Positions 48,497 to 58,029 of a stretch of 64,000 nt of DNA are shown piece after piece. Below the pieces are notes generated by a model. The model was not told the origin of the DNA. It saw only the letters and a list, made by a program, of their open reading frames with translations, and made no database searches. Position numbers and translations under genes: made by a program. Source of the stretch: a virus (lineage: Duplodnaviria > Heunggongvirae > Uroviricota > Caudoviricetes); IMG/VR virus record IMGVR_UViG_2713896899_000007, positions 7,041 through 71,040 of that record. One strand, given 5' to 3'. Within the stretch, counting starts at the first letter, position 1; every line of letters starts with the position of its first letter.

Positions 48497-48644
48497 GTGG
48501 ACTCCATCCAGTGTCAGAAAGAGTTGCGGCTGGCGATTGCCAGCCGCCTTTCTCGTTCCATCCTGGAACTGTGTCTTACCGACACATTGTCATCCTGACG
48601 CCGATAAGATACATGATTTAAAATAATAGGTAAATACTTACTTA

Positions 48645-49289
48645 CTAATTGTTATAAACAAAACCAATATCTTTCTTGTGAGGCATATCTGCTGCTGAAA
48701 AAGCTGCGATCTTCGCGAGTCGATCACATATTTCATTTTCACGATGCCCGGCGTGACCTTTAACCCACTTCCAGCGAACATTATGTCGACTTGCGGCCTC
48801 ATCCAGACGCTTCCACAGATCAACATTCTTTACCGGTTTTTTGTCAGAAGTCATCCATCCATTGCGTTTCCACCATTTCATCCACTGTGTCATGCCGTTT
48901 TTCAGATACTGGCTATCAGAGTGCAAAATAACGTTGCATGGATATTTCAAACGCTCCAGCCCGATAAGTGCCCCCATCATCTCCATGCGGTTATTGGTGG
49001 TGCTATGAAAACCATCTGAGAACTCGCGTTCCTCACCACGATACTGGAGAACTATACCGTAACCGCCCGGGCCACCCGGATTTTTAAGGCAAGAGCCATC
49101 ACTGAAGATTTTCACGGTTTTAAGCTGGGGATTGAACTCTACGACAGGCGTTGTGGGATTGGTGCGGGGAGAATTTTTGTTTTTGTCTTTTTTGCGAGTT
49201 TTTGCTTGCGATCGGGCTGGTGTCTTCGACGTCATATAAACTCCTGAATCAAGCGCCGCGCCGATTTTTTTCCTCGCGCGTGCGCACAC
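48645..49289 (-). CDS. rnhA: Ribonuclease HI with basic N-terminal extension
   Basis: [27 protein letters not shown]...[16 protein letters not shown]...HSDSQY...[18 protein letters not shown] matches RNase HI catalytic core; about 45-aa Lys/Thr/Pro-rich N-terminal extension. Confidence 0.8.
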   Translation of the reverse strand: MCARARKKIGAALDSGVYMTSKTPARSQAKTRKKDKNKNSPRTNPTTPVVEFNPQLKTVKIFSDGSCLKNPGGPGGYGIVLQYRGEEREFSDGFHSTTNNRMEMMGALIGLERLKYPCNVILHSDSQYLKNGMTQWMKWWKRNGWMTSDKKPVKNVDLWKRLDEAASRHNVRWKWVKGHAGHRENEICDRLAKIAAFSAADMPHKKDIGFVYNN

Positions 49290-49817
49290 GCGTGCGTGTA
49301 ATAATTATTAAAATAAACAAATTACTTCCCAGTACAGGTTTTTATAAACCTGAACTGAACGAACGAAGTGAGTGAAGTTCACCTCGAACGAAGTGAGAGG
49401 TTGTCTTTTCAGGTAATACTCTCCCAGGGAGGTGAGTATAAAATTCCTCACCAACCTGGTCGTTTCATAACCTGAAAAGCTATGGTCTAAGTCTACTGCC
49501 AGCTTAGACTTGGGAAGTTATGGATGACAGCACCCCAGAACCGAGATCTTCCCACACTTTATGAAGGGGAGTACTGGATTCAACCTCTCGAAACACCCCA
49601 GACTCGACAATCATAAAGTGACCCTTGTCTCTGCTCACTTTGGTTCCCCCTTCCCCGACACCTAAACGGCACCGGTTCTACGCTGGTAGTGAGCTTTTTT
49701 AAACCTGACGCCAGTGACGCTTACCCCCACCCATCAGGTCGAGTCTCCAGTCTATGACTGGAAACTATCAGATCTTAGCACTTACAATTCATCTTATGAA
49801 TAGTTTGTACTTATCTA

Positions 49818-50048
49818 TCATTTCGATTGATTATTTTCTCGACCATGTAGTTGAACATTCAAGGCAAACACCTCGTTGATCAACTCACCTAAAAGCTGTT
49901 CAACAAGTTCGCGATGCTCCCCAAGATGCAAGCACTTAATTGCCCATTCGTACAAGTTGAAAGCCTGCTCGCGATCTTTCATCATTTCACGAGCCTTAGC
50001 CAGAAAATCGCTCTCTACGAGCGCAACAACATTGGTCGGGTATGACAT
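49818..50048 (-). CDS. Hypothetical small protein
   Basis: 76-aa ORF. Confidence 0.35.
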   Translation of the reverse strand: MSYPTNVVALVESDFLAKAREMMKDREQAFNLYEWAIKCLHLGEHRELVEQLLGELINEVFALNVQLHGRENNQSK

Positions 50049-50130
50049 GTTAGTTTTCCTTAAAGTGGTTCATAAAATCGATTTTAAAGCGTCTGAGAAG
50101 GGGTTCTAGTGGATTCTGTAGTGGTGTTCA

Positions 50131-50210
50131 GGTCTGGGAGTCTCTGATACAAAACAGCCTGCTTCCGTATATTAATAATTAATATGTAGTTATTTATATA
50201 CAGAAGCAGG
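50131..50210. repeat. Long palindromic element, copy 2
   Basis: GGTCTGGG then CCTGCTTCCGTATAT (50158-50172) / ATATACAGAAGCAGG (50196-50210), one mismatch, AT-rich loop. Confidence 0.65.
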
Positions 50211-50233
50211 TTAATTACACTCGCCAGAACAAA

Positions 50234-50827
50234 CTAAGCAGCCTTCTTTGATGGTCTTTTTTTCCTGACCACATTCGCAGGATCATACCCTCCCAGACTT
50301 TTCATTACGTCCAAAGGGATCTTGCTTATAGAGTGCCCAGCGTCCTGACAGAATCCTCGAAAAACAACGAGCATACTGCCACCGGGGTTGATGTTTACTT
50401 CTACCTGACCCAAATTGACGTCAGGCTCGACAAACGCTACGCGGCCACCAGACAGAATAATCGTCTCATTCGCATACTCTGTTGCACGCTCATACCACTT
50501 TGTATCGAGGGATTGAGGAATTAGCATCACTGTTGTAACTCCGCGAGCCTGCTCACGTATAGCAGCATCAATCCAGGGGGAGATTTTGGAGTAGGGTGGA
50601 TTGAGGAAGGCAATTGTACCTGGCTGTCCCCATTCAGATTTCAAAGCATCGCGCTCAACGCCTATGAAATTAGGCAGCTTTGCATTGTCCTTGTTGCAGG
50701 CAACGTCAACATCAAATGTCACTCCAAGATAACGTTGAATGGCAGAAAACAGCCAATCAGGTGTTCTCCAGAGGTCACGAAGAGAGTTGTCGCGCTTTCG
50801 CTGTTTGATTTTTTCGGCTGCAATCAT
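50234..50827 (-). CDS. Phage-type DNA N6-adenine methyltransferase (Dam family)
   Basis: LWRTPDWLF, FLNPPYS catalytic motif, 197 aa. Confidence 0.65.
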   Translation of the reverse strand: MIAAEKIKQRKRDNSLRDLWRTPDWLFSAIQRYLGVTFDVDVACNKDNAKLPNFIGVERDALKSEWGQPGTIAFLNPPYSKISPWIDAAIREQARGVTTVMLIPQSLDTKWYERATEYANETIILSGGRVAFVEPDVNLGQVEVNINPGGSMLVVFRGFCQDAGHSISKIPLDVMKSLGGYDPANVVRKKRPSKKAA

Positions 50828-51009
50828 CTTCTTTCTCGATAGGTAAGTGATTACCTATTTTTGCATTTGATTTTATGTATGGCAATCAAATAAAACACGC
50901 CAGAAATGCGAACAAGAAGCTCTCTGGCGCGTTTTTGTGGTGCTGGGTATGGGTTAGCTTACCCAGCACTATAAAGCTCTCTATGGGCTTTATTTTCAGT
51001 AGGGGAACG

Positions 51010-51819
51010 TCATCCAATAGTGTACTCCGCGACAAACTTCTTAACGATCGGTGATTCTTCGTTCAATGTTAGATTTCCACCGTCTCTAACAGCAATTCCT
51101 GTAGCTGGAAATACAGCCATCATTTGCCCAGCCTGAGTTGACGCAGTGTTAAGCGGATACGGTTTTTCTGGATTGCTCATTAAAGCAATCTTAATACTAT
51201 TACTTGTAGCCTTCCTTTCTGTGAGAAGGTGTCTCATGGAAATTACCGTGTAAACACTAATATCTGGACCTCCGCTAAACCAATTAAGAAGGTTTAATAT
51301 CTTATCCTTTGCTTTGACAGGCGCGTTTTCGTAAGCGTCTAAGAAAATATCTTTTTCTAAGCCTGCTTTATTGAAAAACGAATCATCTTTATCACTTAAA
51401 GTAAAACGAGGACCTCTTGCAGTACGAGCTTTTTTATTTGTATTGCTATCATTTGACTGTTGAACTTTTAATTCATCATTAACCTCAACACAATCTTCAA
51501 CCTCAATAAATCCCAATTGTTCTGGCTCGTTTTCGGCAGCTTCACCACTTTCAGTGTTAATTACGTTTATAGGCTCATGCGCTAACTCCAACTCATTTAA
51601 AGCGGAGCTGAAATCACCTGCTTTTTCTTCATTGAACAGTTCTTCGGCAACATCATCAGAACTCATGGCTACGCCAGCATCGAGGCCTAGAAGCAGATCG
51701 TCAATATCATCAGTATTCTCAACCTGTGCAGCTTTTTTTACCGGTTCATCAAGTGATTGCAACATAGCTGTCAGTTCGTCCAGATCATCATTTGTCATTA
51801 CATTTTCAACCGAACTCAT
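51010..51819 (-). CDS. Acidic protein of unknown function
   Basis: N-terminal about 120 aa with very high Asp/Glu content; C-terminal basic/hydrophobic domain. Confidence 0.4.
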   Translation of the reverse strand: MSSVENVMTNDDLDELTAMLQSLDEPVKKAAQVENTDDIDDLLLGLDAGVAMSSDDVAEELFNEEKAGDFSSALNELELAHEPINVINTESGEAAENEPEQLGFIEVEDCVEVNDELKVQQSNDSNTNKKARTARGPRFTLSDKDDSFFNKAGLEKDIFLDAYENAPVKAKDKILNLLNWFSGGPDISVYTVISMRHLLTERKATSNSIKIALMSNPEKPYPLNTASTQAGQMMAVFPATGIAVRDGGNLTLNEESPIVKKFVAEYTIG

Positions 51820-51979
51820 GTAAGTCTCCTTCTGTTTGGTTACATTTGCGTTTCGATGGCTACATTTTGACTAAACCTATCAGGCGGAAAAGTATTAAAT
51901 ACAGGCAGGAAATGATTGAAAGGCGACTGTTCTTTAAAAGAAAGCCTACTTTAAACTCTCTTTAAAGTAGGCTTTTGCT

Positions 51980-52537
51980 TTACACAATTTCAGAGGGTAA
52001 TTTAAAAAATCCGTACTTATTACGTGCCTTAAAGAAGCATTGCATCATTAAGTTTGTGTCATATAAGGCACTATGTGCTTTGGCATGATCGTATATAAAG
52101 CCAAGAGAGAAGGCCAACTCTTCAAGGCGGGGACGTTTACCGTCTTCTGTGGCCCACAATCCCGATAACATAGTATCTATAACAGGAACGTCTGGCAGTC
52201 TTACTCCATACCCTGAAAACTCGTGTCGAATAAATGGTATATCAAACGCTTCACCGTTATGAGCAATCCACGCACTACATGCCCCCATATAAGCGCCAAT
52301 TTCGCTGGCATGATTTGACAACAAAGGTTCAGCTGCGAGCTGTTCCAATGAAATGCCATGAACGGCTTGAGCTTTCGGATCTATGTTTCTGCGAGGGTTA
52401 AAACGCATCTCCAGACTATCAATATGTCTCTGTGTCTCCAGTTCATAGCGGGTAATTGCGATTTCAATAATTTTATGACCAGCAAGGAAATCCAGTCCCG
52501 TAGACTCGATATCGATGCCTGCAACAATCGTTGTCAT
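51980..52537 (-). CDS. DEDDh 3'-5' exonuclease (DnaQ-like)
   Basis: Exo I AGIDIESTG, Exo II HNGEAFDIPFI, Exo III HSALYDT. Confidence 0.7.
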   Translation of the reverse strand: MTTIVAGIDIESTGLDFLAGHKIIEIAITRYELETQRHIDSLEMRFNPRRNIDPKAQAVHGISLEQLAAEPLLSNHASEIGAYMGACSAWIAHNGEAFDIPFIRHEFSGYGVRLPDVPVIDTMLSGLWATEDGKRPRLEELAFSLGFIYDHAKAHSALYDTNLMMQCFFKARNKYGFFKLPSEIV

Positions 52538-52546
52538 CAGAACTCC

Positions 52547-52966
52547 TTACAACTTCTTAGCGCCCTTAAGTAGTGCGCTACGTACAAATTGAGCCGCTTT
52601 TTTCAAAGTTTCTTCACTGGTTTCACAGACAATCGGATCTTTCCACTTACCTGACGCAGTGTTGAGAATATTGATTTGGTTGCTATCCAGACAAACAGAG
52701 ATATAAAGCACCGTGCCACCAGCCAGCATCAAATGCATAGGAAACAGAGGCTTTTTACTGTCTTCACTGAACTGAGACATGGCGATGTTAATGGCTTCAC
52801 CTACTTGTGCGCCAACAAGCCCCTGCGCAGTTTCGAATATGGCACGAATAGCCAGACGAGCCTCTCGATCGGTCATAAGCGACCGGGAATGTTCGTCCGC
52901 TACACGAATCAAAGCCTCTGTTGTTTTCCGATCCAGTTCATCTTCAAGCAACATTTCACTAAACAT
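52547..52966 (-). CDS. Hypothetical protein
   Basis: 139-aa ORF. Confidence 0.4.
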   Translation of the reverse strand: MFSEMLLEDELDRKTTEALIRVADEHSRSLMTDREARLAIRAIFETAQGLVGAQVGEAINIAMSQFSEDSKKPLFPMHLMLAGGTVLYISVCLDSNQINILNTASGKWKDPIVCETSEETLKKAAQFVRSALLKGAKKL

Positions 52967-53027
52967 TTTTTATCCTTAACCCATTTTGAGAGTTTTATTG
53001 TCGCAATGTCGAAGAGGCGAACAATTT

Positions 53028-53672
53028 CTAATGAACGGTTACTCGGCCACAGAACCGGTTTTCTATCTTTTCTACAGCGTTATCTAGCATTCTCATCACT
53101 GATCTGGCTCTTGCTTCAACCGTGCGATATCGGTTGGAAACGACGAAGGTTTGCAGATCTCCCCTTTGCGGATGCAGGTGAATTTTTGTCAGTTCCCCGC
53201 ACATCAACGCATCAATACGAGCGACATACAGACGGTCTAATGATGCTCGTTGTGATCGCAAGTAATCTCGCTCTGAGAGAGCGACTCCCGGGCGTAAGCC
53301 AGCAATGGCGTTAAAGTTTGAAATAGCAGTTTTGTGGCAAAACTTTTCGATATCGAGGGCTAACTCAATACACCGATCTTCATTTGTATGGCCGACCAAA
53401 TCCAACGTGTAGGCCATAACATCAGCAGGTGTGCGATCGATAACAAAGCCTTCAACACCACGCGTAAGTAGCTCTATATGCTTTGCTATTTCCATTTGAA
53501 TCTGAAGCCGCTCATATAGAGGCATAGACTCACCTACTCGAACACCGAGGCGGCTCATCAAACTTCCGACACCAGCATCCACGTAAGGGATTCCGTAATG
53601 TTTGTCGATATATTTAGCCAGGGTTGTTTTCCCACTGCCCTGAGCACCAGTGATCCCAATCCGGTAATCCAT
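53028..53672 (-). CDS. P-loop nucleotide kinase (deoxynucleoside monophosphate kinase-like)
   Basis: Walker A GITGAQGSGKTT at N-terminus; 214 aa; sits in nucleotide-metabolism block. Confidence 0.5.
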   Translation of the reverse strand: MDYRIGITGAQGSGKTTLAKYIDKHYGIPYVDAGVGSLMSRLGVRVGESMPLYERLQIQMEIAKHIELLTRGVEGFVIDRTPADVMAYTLDLVGHTNEDRCIELALDIEKFCHKTAISNFNAIAGLRPGVALSERDYLRSQRASLDRLYVARIDALMCGELTKIHLHPQRGDLQTFVVSNRYRTVEARARSVMRMLDNAVEKIENRFCGRVTVH

Positions 53673-54148
53673 TACGACCTTCTGTATACGATCTGCGAAA
53701 AGCCAGGCTCTTCCTCGCTGGCTCGTTGGGTATAAGCTGTTTCAACAGGCACAAAGCCTAAGTTACGCATCATGCTTGCCGGGAAGAATGCATCGGCGTT
53801 TGGTACATCAACGCCGATGTGGGAGAGCCAAATCTCTTCAACATGCGGCATGAATAGCGAGTAAATTTGTTCCCCGCCAATCACCCACACAGGCTCTGGT
53901 AATCGCAACACATCATCCACACCAGCAGGGTAGAATCCATTTGGTACAAAGCCATGAGAGCGCGTCAAAACGAGGTTATGACGCTCTGGAAGAGGGCGTT
54001 TGAGACTTTCCATCGTTTTACGCCCCATAACGACAGTGGCGTTTTTGGTGAGTCTCTTAAATAGCTTCAGATCGGTAGAACAACGCCAGGGCAGTTCGTT
54101 CGCTATGCCGATCTCATAGTTACGGCCAACAGCAGCTATCATCTTCAT
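53672..54148 (-). CDS. folA: Dihydrofolate reductase
   Basis: MIAAVGRNYEIG...LPWR...VVMGRKT...VIGGEQIY pattern typical of DHFR; 158 aa. Confidence 0.85.
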   Translation of the reverse strand: MKMIAAVGRNYEIGIANELPWRCSTDLKLFKRLTKNATVVMGRKTMESLKRPLPERHNLVLTRSHGFVPNGFYPAGVDDVLRLPEPVWVIGGEQIYSLFMPHVEEIWLSHIGVDVPNADAFFPASMMRNLGFVPVETAYTQRASEEEPGFSQIVYRRS

Positions 54149-54558
54149 TTGCTCACCTCATAGATGACCGGTCTATGATGAGAGTCAGCTAAAGCGGCAC
54201 GGAGTCGAGGATCGTGCACCAGCGCAGCGATAAGCAGATCGCCTTTATGCTCCGCTAATGTGCGCTTAATATGCTTCTCATAACTGGTGCCATTCGGTAC
54301 AAGATGAAGCCAGTCGTAATCAACGCCAAAATCTTTCAGCCATCGTTTAGTGGGCGCTTCAAGAGTTTCAGAGCGGCTACTGATAAGCACCACTTCAGCC
54401 CCTGAGCGAGCAAAACCACGCAACATACGGCTGGTGGGGAAAATGAGTTCATCACCGGCAATGAGCTGGCCTGCATCCGCGTCAGATACAGATTTACGAT
54501 GGCTGGTATTTGCCAGCACACCTTCAATTTCGCATAAGACATACATACCTCTTGCCAT
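54145..54558 (-). CDS. Hypothetical protein (possible HAD-like phosphatase)
   Basis: Start set to internal Met 54558 to avoid a 47-bp overlap with thyA; no canonical DxD motif seen. Confidence 0.35.
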   Translation of the reverse strand: MARGMYVLCEIEGVLANTSHRKSVSDADAGQLIAGDELIFPTSRMLRGFARSGAEVVLISSRSETLEAPTKRWLKDFGVDYDWLHLVPNGTSYEKHIKRTLAEHKGDLLIAALVHDPRLRAALADSHHRPVIYEVSK

Positions 54559-54559
54559 A

Positions 54560-55690
54560 TCACACCGCCACTGGAACCTTGATCCACGGTAGAGGGTCAT
54601 AGCCAAGAATCAGAATATCGTCCCATTTGAAATCATCCAGCTCAGACCATTCATGAGGGAAAATAACGACCGGATCTGAATGCTCTGGAGCCTGTCGTTT
54701 CATTAGCTCACACACACTTTCCATGTGGTTATTGTATAAATGCACGTCAAAGCCAAAATGCACAAATGCACCGGCCATGTGACCCGTAATCTTCGCGAGA
54801 AAATGAGTGAGAATGCCATAGCCAGCAATATTGAATGGCATACCAACAAAAGTGTCTACGCTACGCTGTACGAGGCAGGAGTTGAGGATGCGTTTGGGGA
54901 TTCCAAGTTCATCCAGTTCAGTTTCAGTAACACTGCCGTCCATCTCCAGATCGTATAGCATCTTGGTGTAGATAGACTCGTAACCGAGGCGACTGTGTTG
55001 AAGACCAATGTCTGTTGCCATCGTTAAACGAGTTTCAAAATCAAGCTCACGACTCCACAAAGAGAAGGCAAAGTGGCAAGGTGGCAGTTTCATATCCTCA
55101 AGCTCGCCTACGTTCCATGCGTTAAGCATGATGCGACGATCGGTAGGGTTCGTGCGCAGTGTATCGACAATACGCTGTAGCTGATCGATTTCACGGGACA
55201 GCACTACGCGATCTTCACTGATACCCAGGTATCCCTCGACTTTGTACCCGCGTTCACGGAAAGTATCGATCTTGCTCAGATATTCACTATGGCTCACGAT
55301 GCGGGTATCTTCCCATCGACGCCACTGCTTACCGTAAACCGGCCCCAAATCGCCATTCTCATCGGCCCATGCATCCCAAATTTTAACGCCGTTATCCTTG
55401 AGAAATTGGATGTTGCCCGTGCCTTTCAGATACCACTCAAGTTCGACAAGTAGTGGCTTAAGATTTACCGCCTTTCCAGAAATAAGCGGCACAGTCCCAC
55501 CAGTAAGCATGTAGTAAGAGGGAACGTAGCAGGTGCTTAAAGTACCAGTGCCTGTGCGATCATCAGCCTGCACGCCGCTTTTAAGCACCGTCTCAATAAC
55601 TTTTGCATACGATGCGTTTGTTACCTGACCGTTCGTATGCTCACGATTCAAAAGGAGTGACACAAAAACCTCACAAAGATAAGTAACCAC
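54560..55690 (-). CDS. thyA: Thymidylate synthase with two large insertions
   Basis: DRTGTGTLS, DENGDLGPVYGKQWR, catalytic PPCH, FNIAGY, HLYNNH, GYDPLPWIKVPVAV all aligned to ThyA; about 35-aa and 50-aa insertions relative to E. coli ThyA. Confidence 0.8.
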   Translation of the reverse strand: MVTYLCEVFVSLLLNREHTNGQVTNASYAKVIETVLKSGVQADDRTGTGTLSTCYVPSYYMLTGGTVPLISGKAVNLKPLLVELEWYLKGTGNIQFLKDNGVKIWDAWADENGDLGPVYGKQWRRWEDTRIVSHSEYLSKIDTFRERGYKVEGYLGISEDRVVLSREIDQLQRIVDTLRTNPTDRRIMLNAWNVGELEDMKLPPCHFAFSLWSRELDFETRLTMATDIGLQHSRLGYESIYTKMLYDLEMDGSVTETELDELGIPKRILNSCLVQRSVDTFVGMPFNIAGYGILTHFLAKITGHMAGAFVHFGFDVHLYNNHMESVCELMKRQAPEHSDPVVIFPHEWSELDDFKWDDILILGYDPLPWIKVPVAV

Positions 55691-55834
55691 TTATTCATTG
55701 CGTGAGTTTACATTCATTGAGAGAACAAGACCAGACAGATAAAAAAATGGTGGCCATAGGCCACCAAAAACGAATAGTTGTTTCAGAAATTTAACGCGCC
55801 AACGCAATATACACAGATAGATAACTACCTACAA

Positions 55835-56704
55835 TTATTTTTTGATCATTCCGTACATTGCTGAGGCTTTAGCTTGCTCAACAAAGGAGGATAAATCGAC
55901 ATCACTATAGGTTGGAGACTTCAGAATCTTTCCATCGGAAATTCGAAAACCGATCATCTTATCGGTGCCATCAGCATGGCGAAATCCCAGGTCAGAAGAG
56001 TCGTATTTGCAGTTGGCCACAGCATGGCGACGCTCTTCGGCATCTGCAGGCCATAATTTTGTCATGTTGGACCGATGAATTTCGCCAACCAGCTCGACGA
56101 CATTGATACCGAGGAAATCAGCCAGTCGATAGGTCATCATGCACGCCACATAGATTTTGTTCATTACACGGCGCAGTTCCTGAATCAGCTCAGAATCCTT
56201 AACAGTCTTGTTCTCAAGTTTATCTGCCAGCTCTTCGAGCATACATGACGCCTCACGAGCTTCCTGAAATGGCATTGCCATATCATCGAAAACAGTGTTA
56301 CCAGGCACAAAAATTGTCTGCATAAAGCGATCAATGCTCTGTTCCTGCGTGTAATAGGTCATGCCGGTAGAAATACCACCTTTGATGGCGACCATCGTAC
56401 CAACACCAACGTATAAAAAGTCGGCCATTGCATCCAGCAGTTGCTCAATATCCCCATTCATTGCGGCTGGAATACCTTCCACTACAGCTTCTTCATGAAT
56501 CAGGCTTGCACGGAGACGAAGCAGCTCTGGTGTCGGCATAACGCGTCTCGGATGCTGGAAGAGTTCATGAAACTGATCGACCATCTTGTAAATACTTTCA
56601 GTGGCTACACCATGGCCTTCATGCAACTCATATGGTTCTGGCTTAAATCCAATGAGTCGATCGGTGGCAAGTTTCAGGTGGTCAGTCAGTTTGGTAAAGT
56701 TCAT
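55835..56704 (-). CDS. Hypothetical protein
   Basis: 289-aa ORF between thyA and nrdB. Confidence 0.4.
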   Translation of the reverse strand: MNFTKLTDHLKLATDRLIGFKPEPYELHEGHGVATESIYKMVDQFHELFQHPRRVMPTPELLRLRASLIHEEAVVEGIPAAMNGDIEQLLDAMADFLYVGVGTMVAIKGGISTGMTYYTQEQSIDRFMQTIFVPGNTVFDDMAMPFQEAREASCMLEELADKLENKTVKDSELIQELRRVMNKIYVACMMTYRLADFLGINVVELVGEIHRSNMTKLWPADAEERRHAVANCKYDSSDLGFRHADGTDKMIGFRISDGKILKSPTYSDVDLSSFVEQAKASAMYGMIKK

Positions 56705-56781
56705 GCTAGTTTTGTTCCTTCTTAATTCTTGTGATCCATTGTGGCCCAGCGTTGCCAGGCCACATAATGCTTTGTATCGGT

Positions 56782-57924
56782 TTACAGGTCTGCAAACTGG
56801 CTTAGAGAAGCCTTATCCACAGTAGAATCGATCTGACCTACCAGATATGTGCTTTGCTCTGCCTCTTGTGGTGCAATTTGCAGTGTGTCGGTTAACAACC
56901 ACTTGTTCATCCAGACCAGCGGATCGGTGGTAACCTCTGGAAATAAAGCCTTCAGGCCAAGACGATTCATAGCCAGATTGGTGCGGTATTTTACATAGGT
57001 CTTCAGAATATCCGCGTTTAAACCAATCATCGAACCGTCTTTGAAGAGATAGTCTGCCCAGTTCATTTCTTGTTCGGCGACTGATTTCATGGTGTCGTAA
57101 ATGACGTTTTCTTCATCAGCAGCAATCTCTTTCCACAATAAACCTTCGCGACCGGTACGCATGAAGCGGATCATGCGTTCAGTTCCTTCGCAATGCAGAG
57201 CTTCATCACGGGCAATAAAGCGCATAATTTTGGTGTTACCCTCAAGCAACTTCCGTTCGCCAAAGGCAAACGTACATGCAAAACTTACATAGAAACGGAT
57301 CGCCTCAAGCGCATTAATGGACACCAACGTGCGGAAAAGCTGACGGTGCAAAGGGTATGGCTCCCAGCCATATTCATTTACGTACAGACGTTCAAACTCC
57401 TTCTCACCTAACGACTGGCGCTCGCAGGTCATCCCATAAAGCCTGTCATATTCAGCAGAGATACTGATCGCTCGGTTGATGATTTCTTCATCCGTAACAA
57501 TACCGTCAAAAACAATGCTCGGATCGTCCACCATGCCACGAATAATGTGGGTGTAGCTGCGGCTATGGATAGTCTCAGAGAAAGACCATGTTTCAACCCA
57601 CGTTTCCAGTTCAGGAATAGAGATAAGCGGCAGCAACGTTGCATTTGGGCTACGTCCCTGAACTGAATCGAGTAACGTTTGATAACGGAGATTGCTCAGA
57701 AAAATGTGACGTTCGTGGTCCCGCAGCTTCGTGTTGAAGTCGATACGATCGCTCGAAATATCAACTTCTTCCGGCCGCCAGAAGAAAGACAATTGACGTT
57801 CAATCAACTTTTCAAAATCACGGTATTTTTGCTGATCGTAACGTGCCACGTTGACAGATTGTCCGAGGAACATAGGCTCTTTGGTTGCATCATTAGCACC
57901 CAAACGGAACGTTGAATATGACAT
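56782..57924 (-). CDS. nrdB: Ribonucleotide reductase class Ia beta subunit
   Basis: [34 protein letters not shown]...FFWRPEEVD closely parallels E. coli NrdB; start set to ATG 57922-57924. Confidence 0.9.
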   Translation of the reverse strand: MSYSTFRLGANDATKEPMFLGQSVNVARYDQQKYRDFEKLIERQLSFFWRPEEVDISSDRIDFNTKLRDHERHIFLSNLRYQTLLDSVQGRSPNATLLPLISIPELETWVETWSFSETIHSRSYTHIIRGMVDDPSIVFDGIVTDEEIINRAISISAEYDRLYGMTCERQSLGEKEFERLYVNEYGWEPYPLHRQLFRTLVSINALEAIRFYVSFACTFAFGERKLLEGNTKIMRFIARDEALHCEGTERMIRFMRTGREGLLWKEIAADEENVIYDTMKSVAEQEMNWADYLFKDGSMIGLNADILKTYVKYRTNLAMNRLGLKALFPEVTTDPLVWMNKWLLTDTLQIAPQEAEQSTYLVGQIDSTVDKASLSQFADL

Positions 57925-57950
57925 GTGTTTTTCCTTTTGCTTTTTGATGT

Positions 57951-57976
57951 GTTTAAACAAGTTGTTATCTTATTTG
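57951..57976 (-). promoter_or_regulatory. Early promoter/leader motif instance upstream of nrdB
   Basis: GTTTAAACAAGTTGTTATCTTATTTG, followed by AAGGAAAAACAC-ATG. Confidence 0.45.
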
Positions 57977-58029
57977 TTTAAACAAGGCTTACAAATCAAA
58001 GAGAAGGTGGGGATATACCCCACCATATG

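Noticed and set aside
49290-49817. Possible tRNA genes in long intergenic regions
   Set aside because: No cloverleaf with a GTTCRANYC T-loop and matching acceptor stem found by eye; needs tRNAscan to be sure
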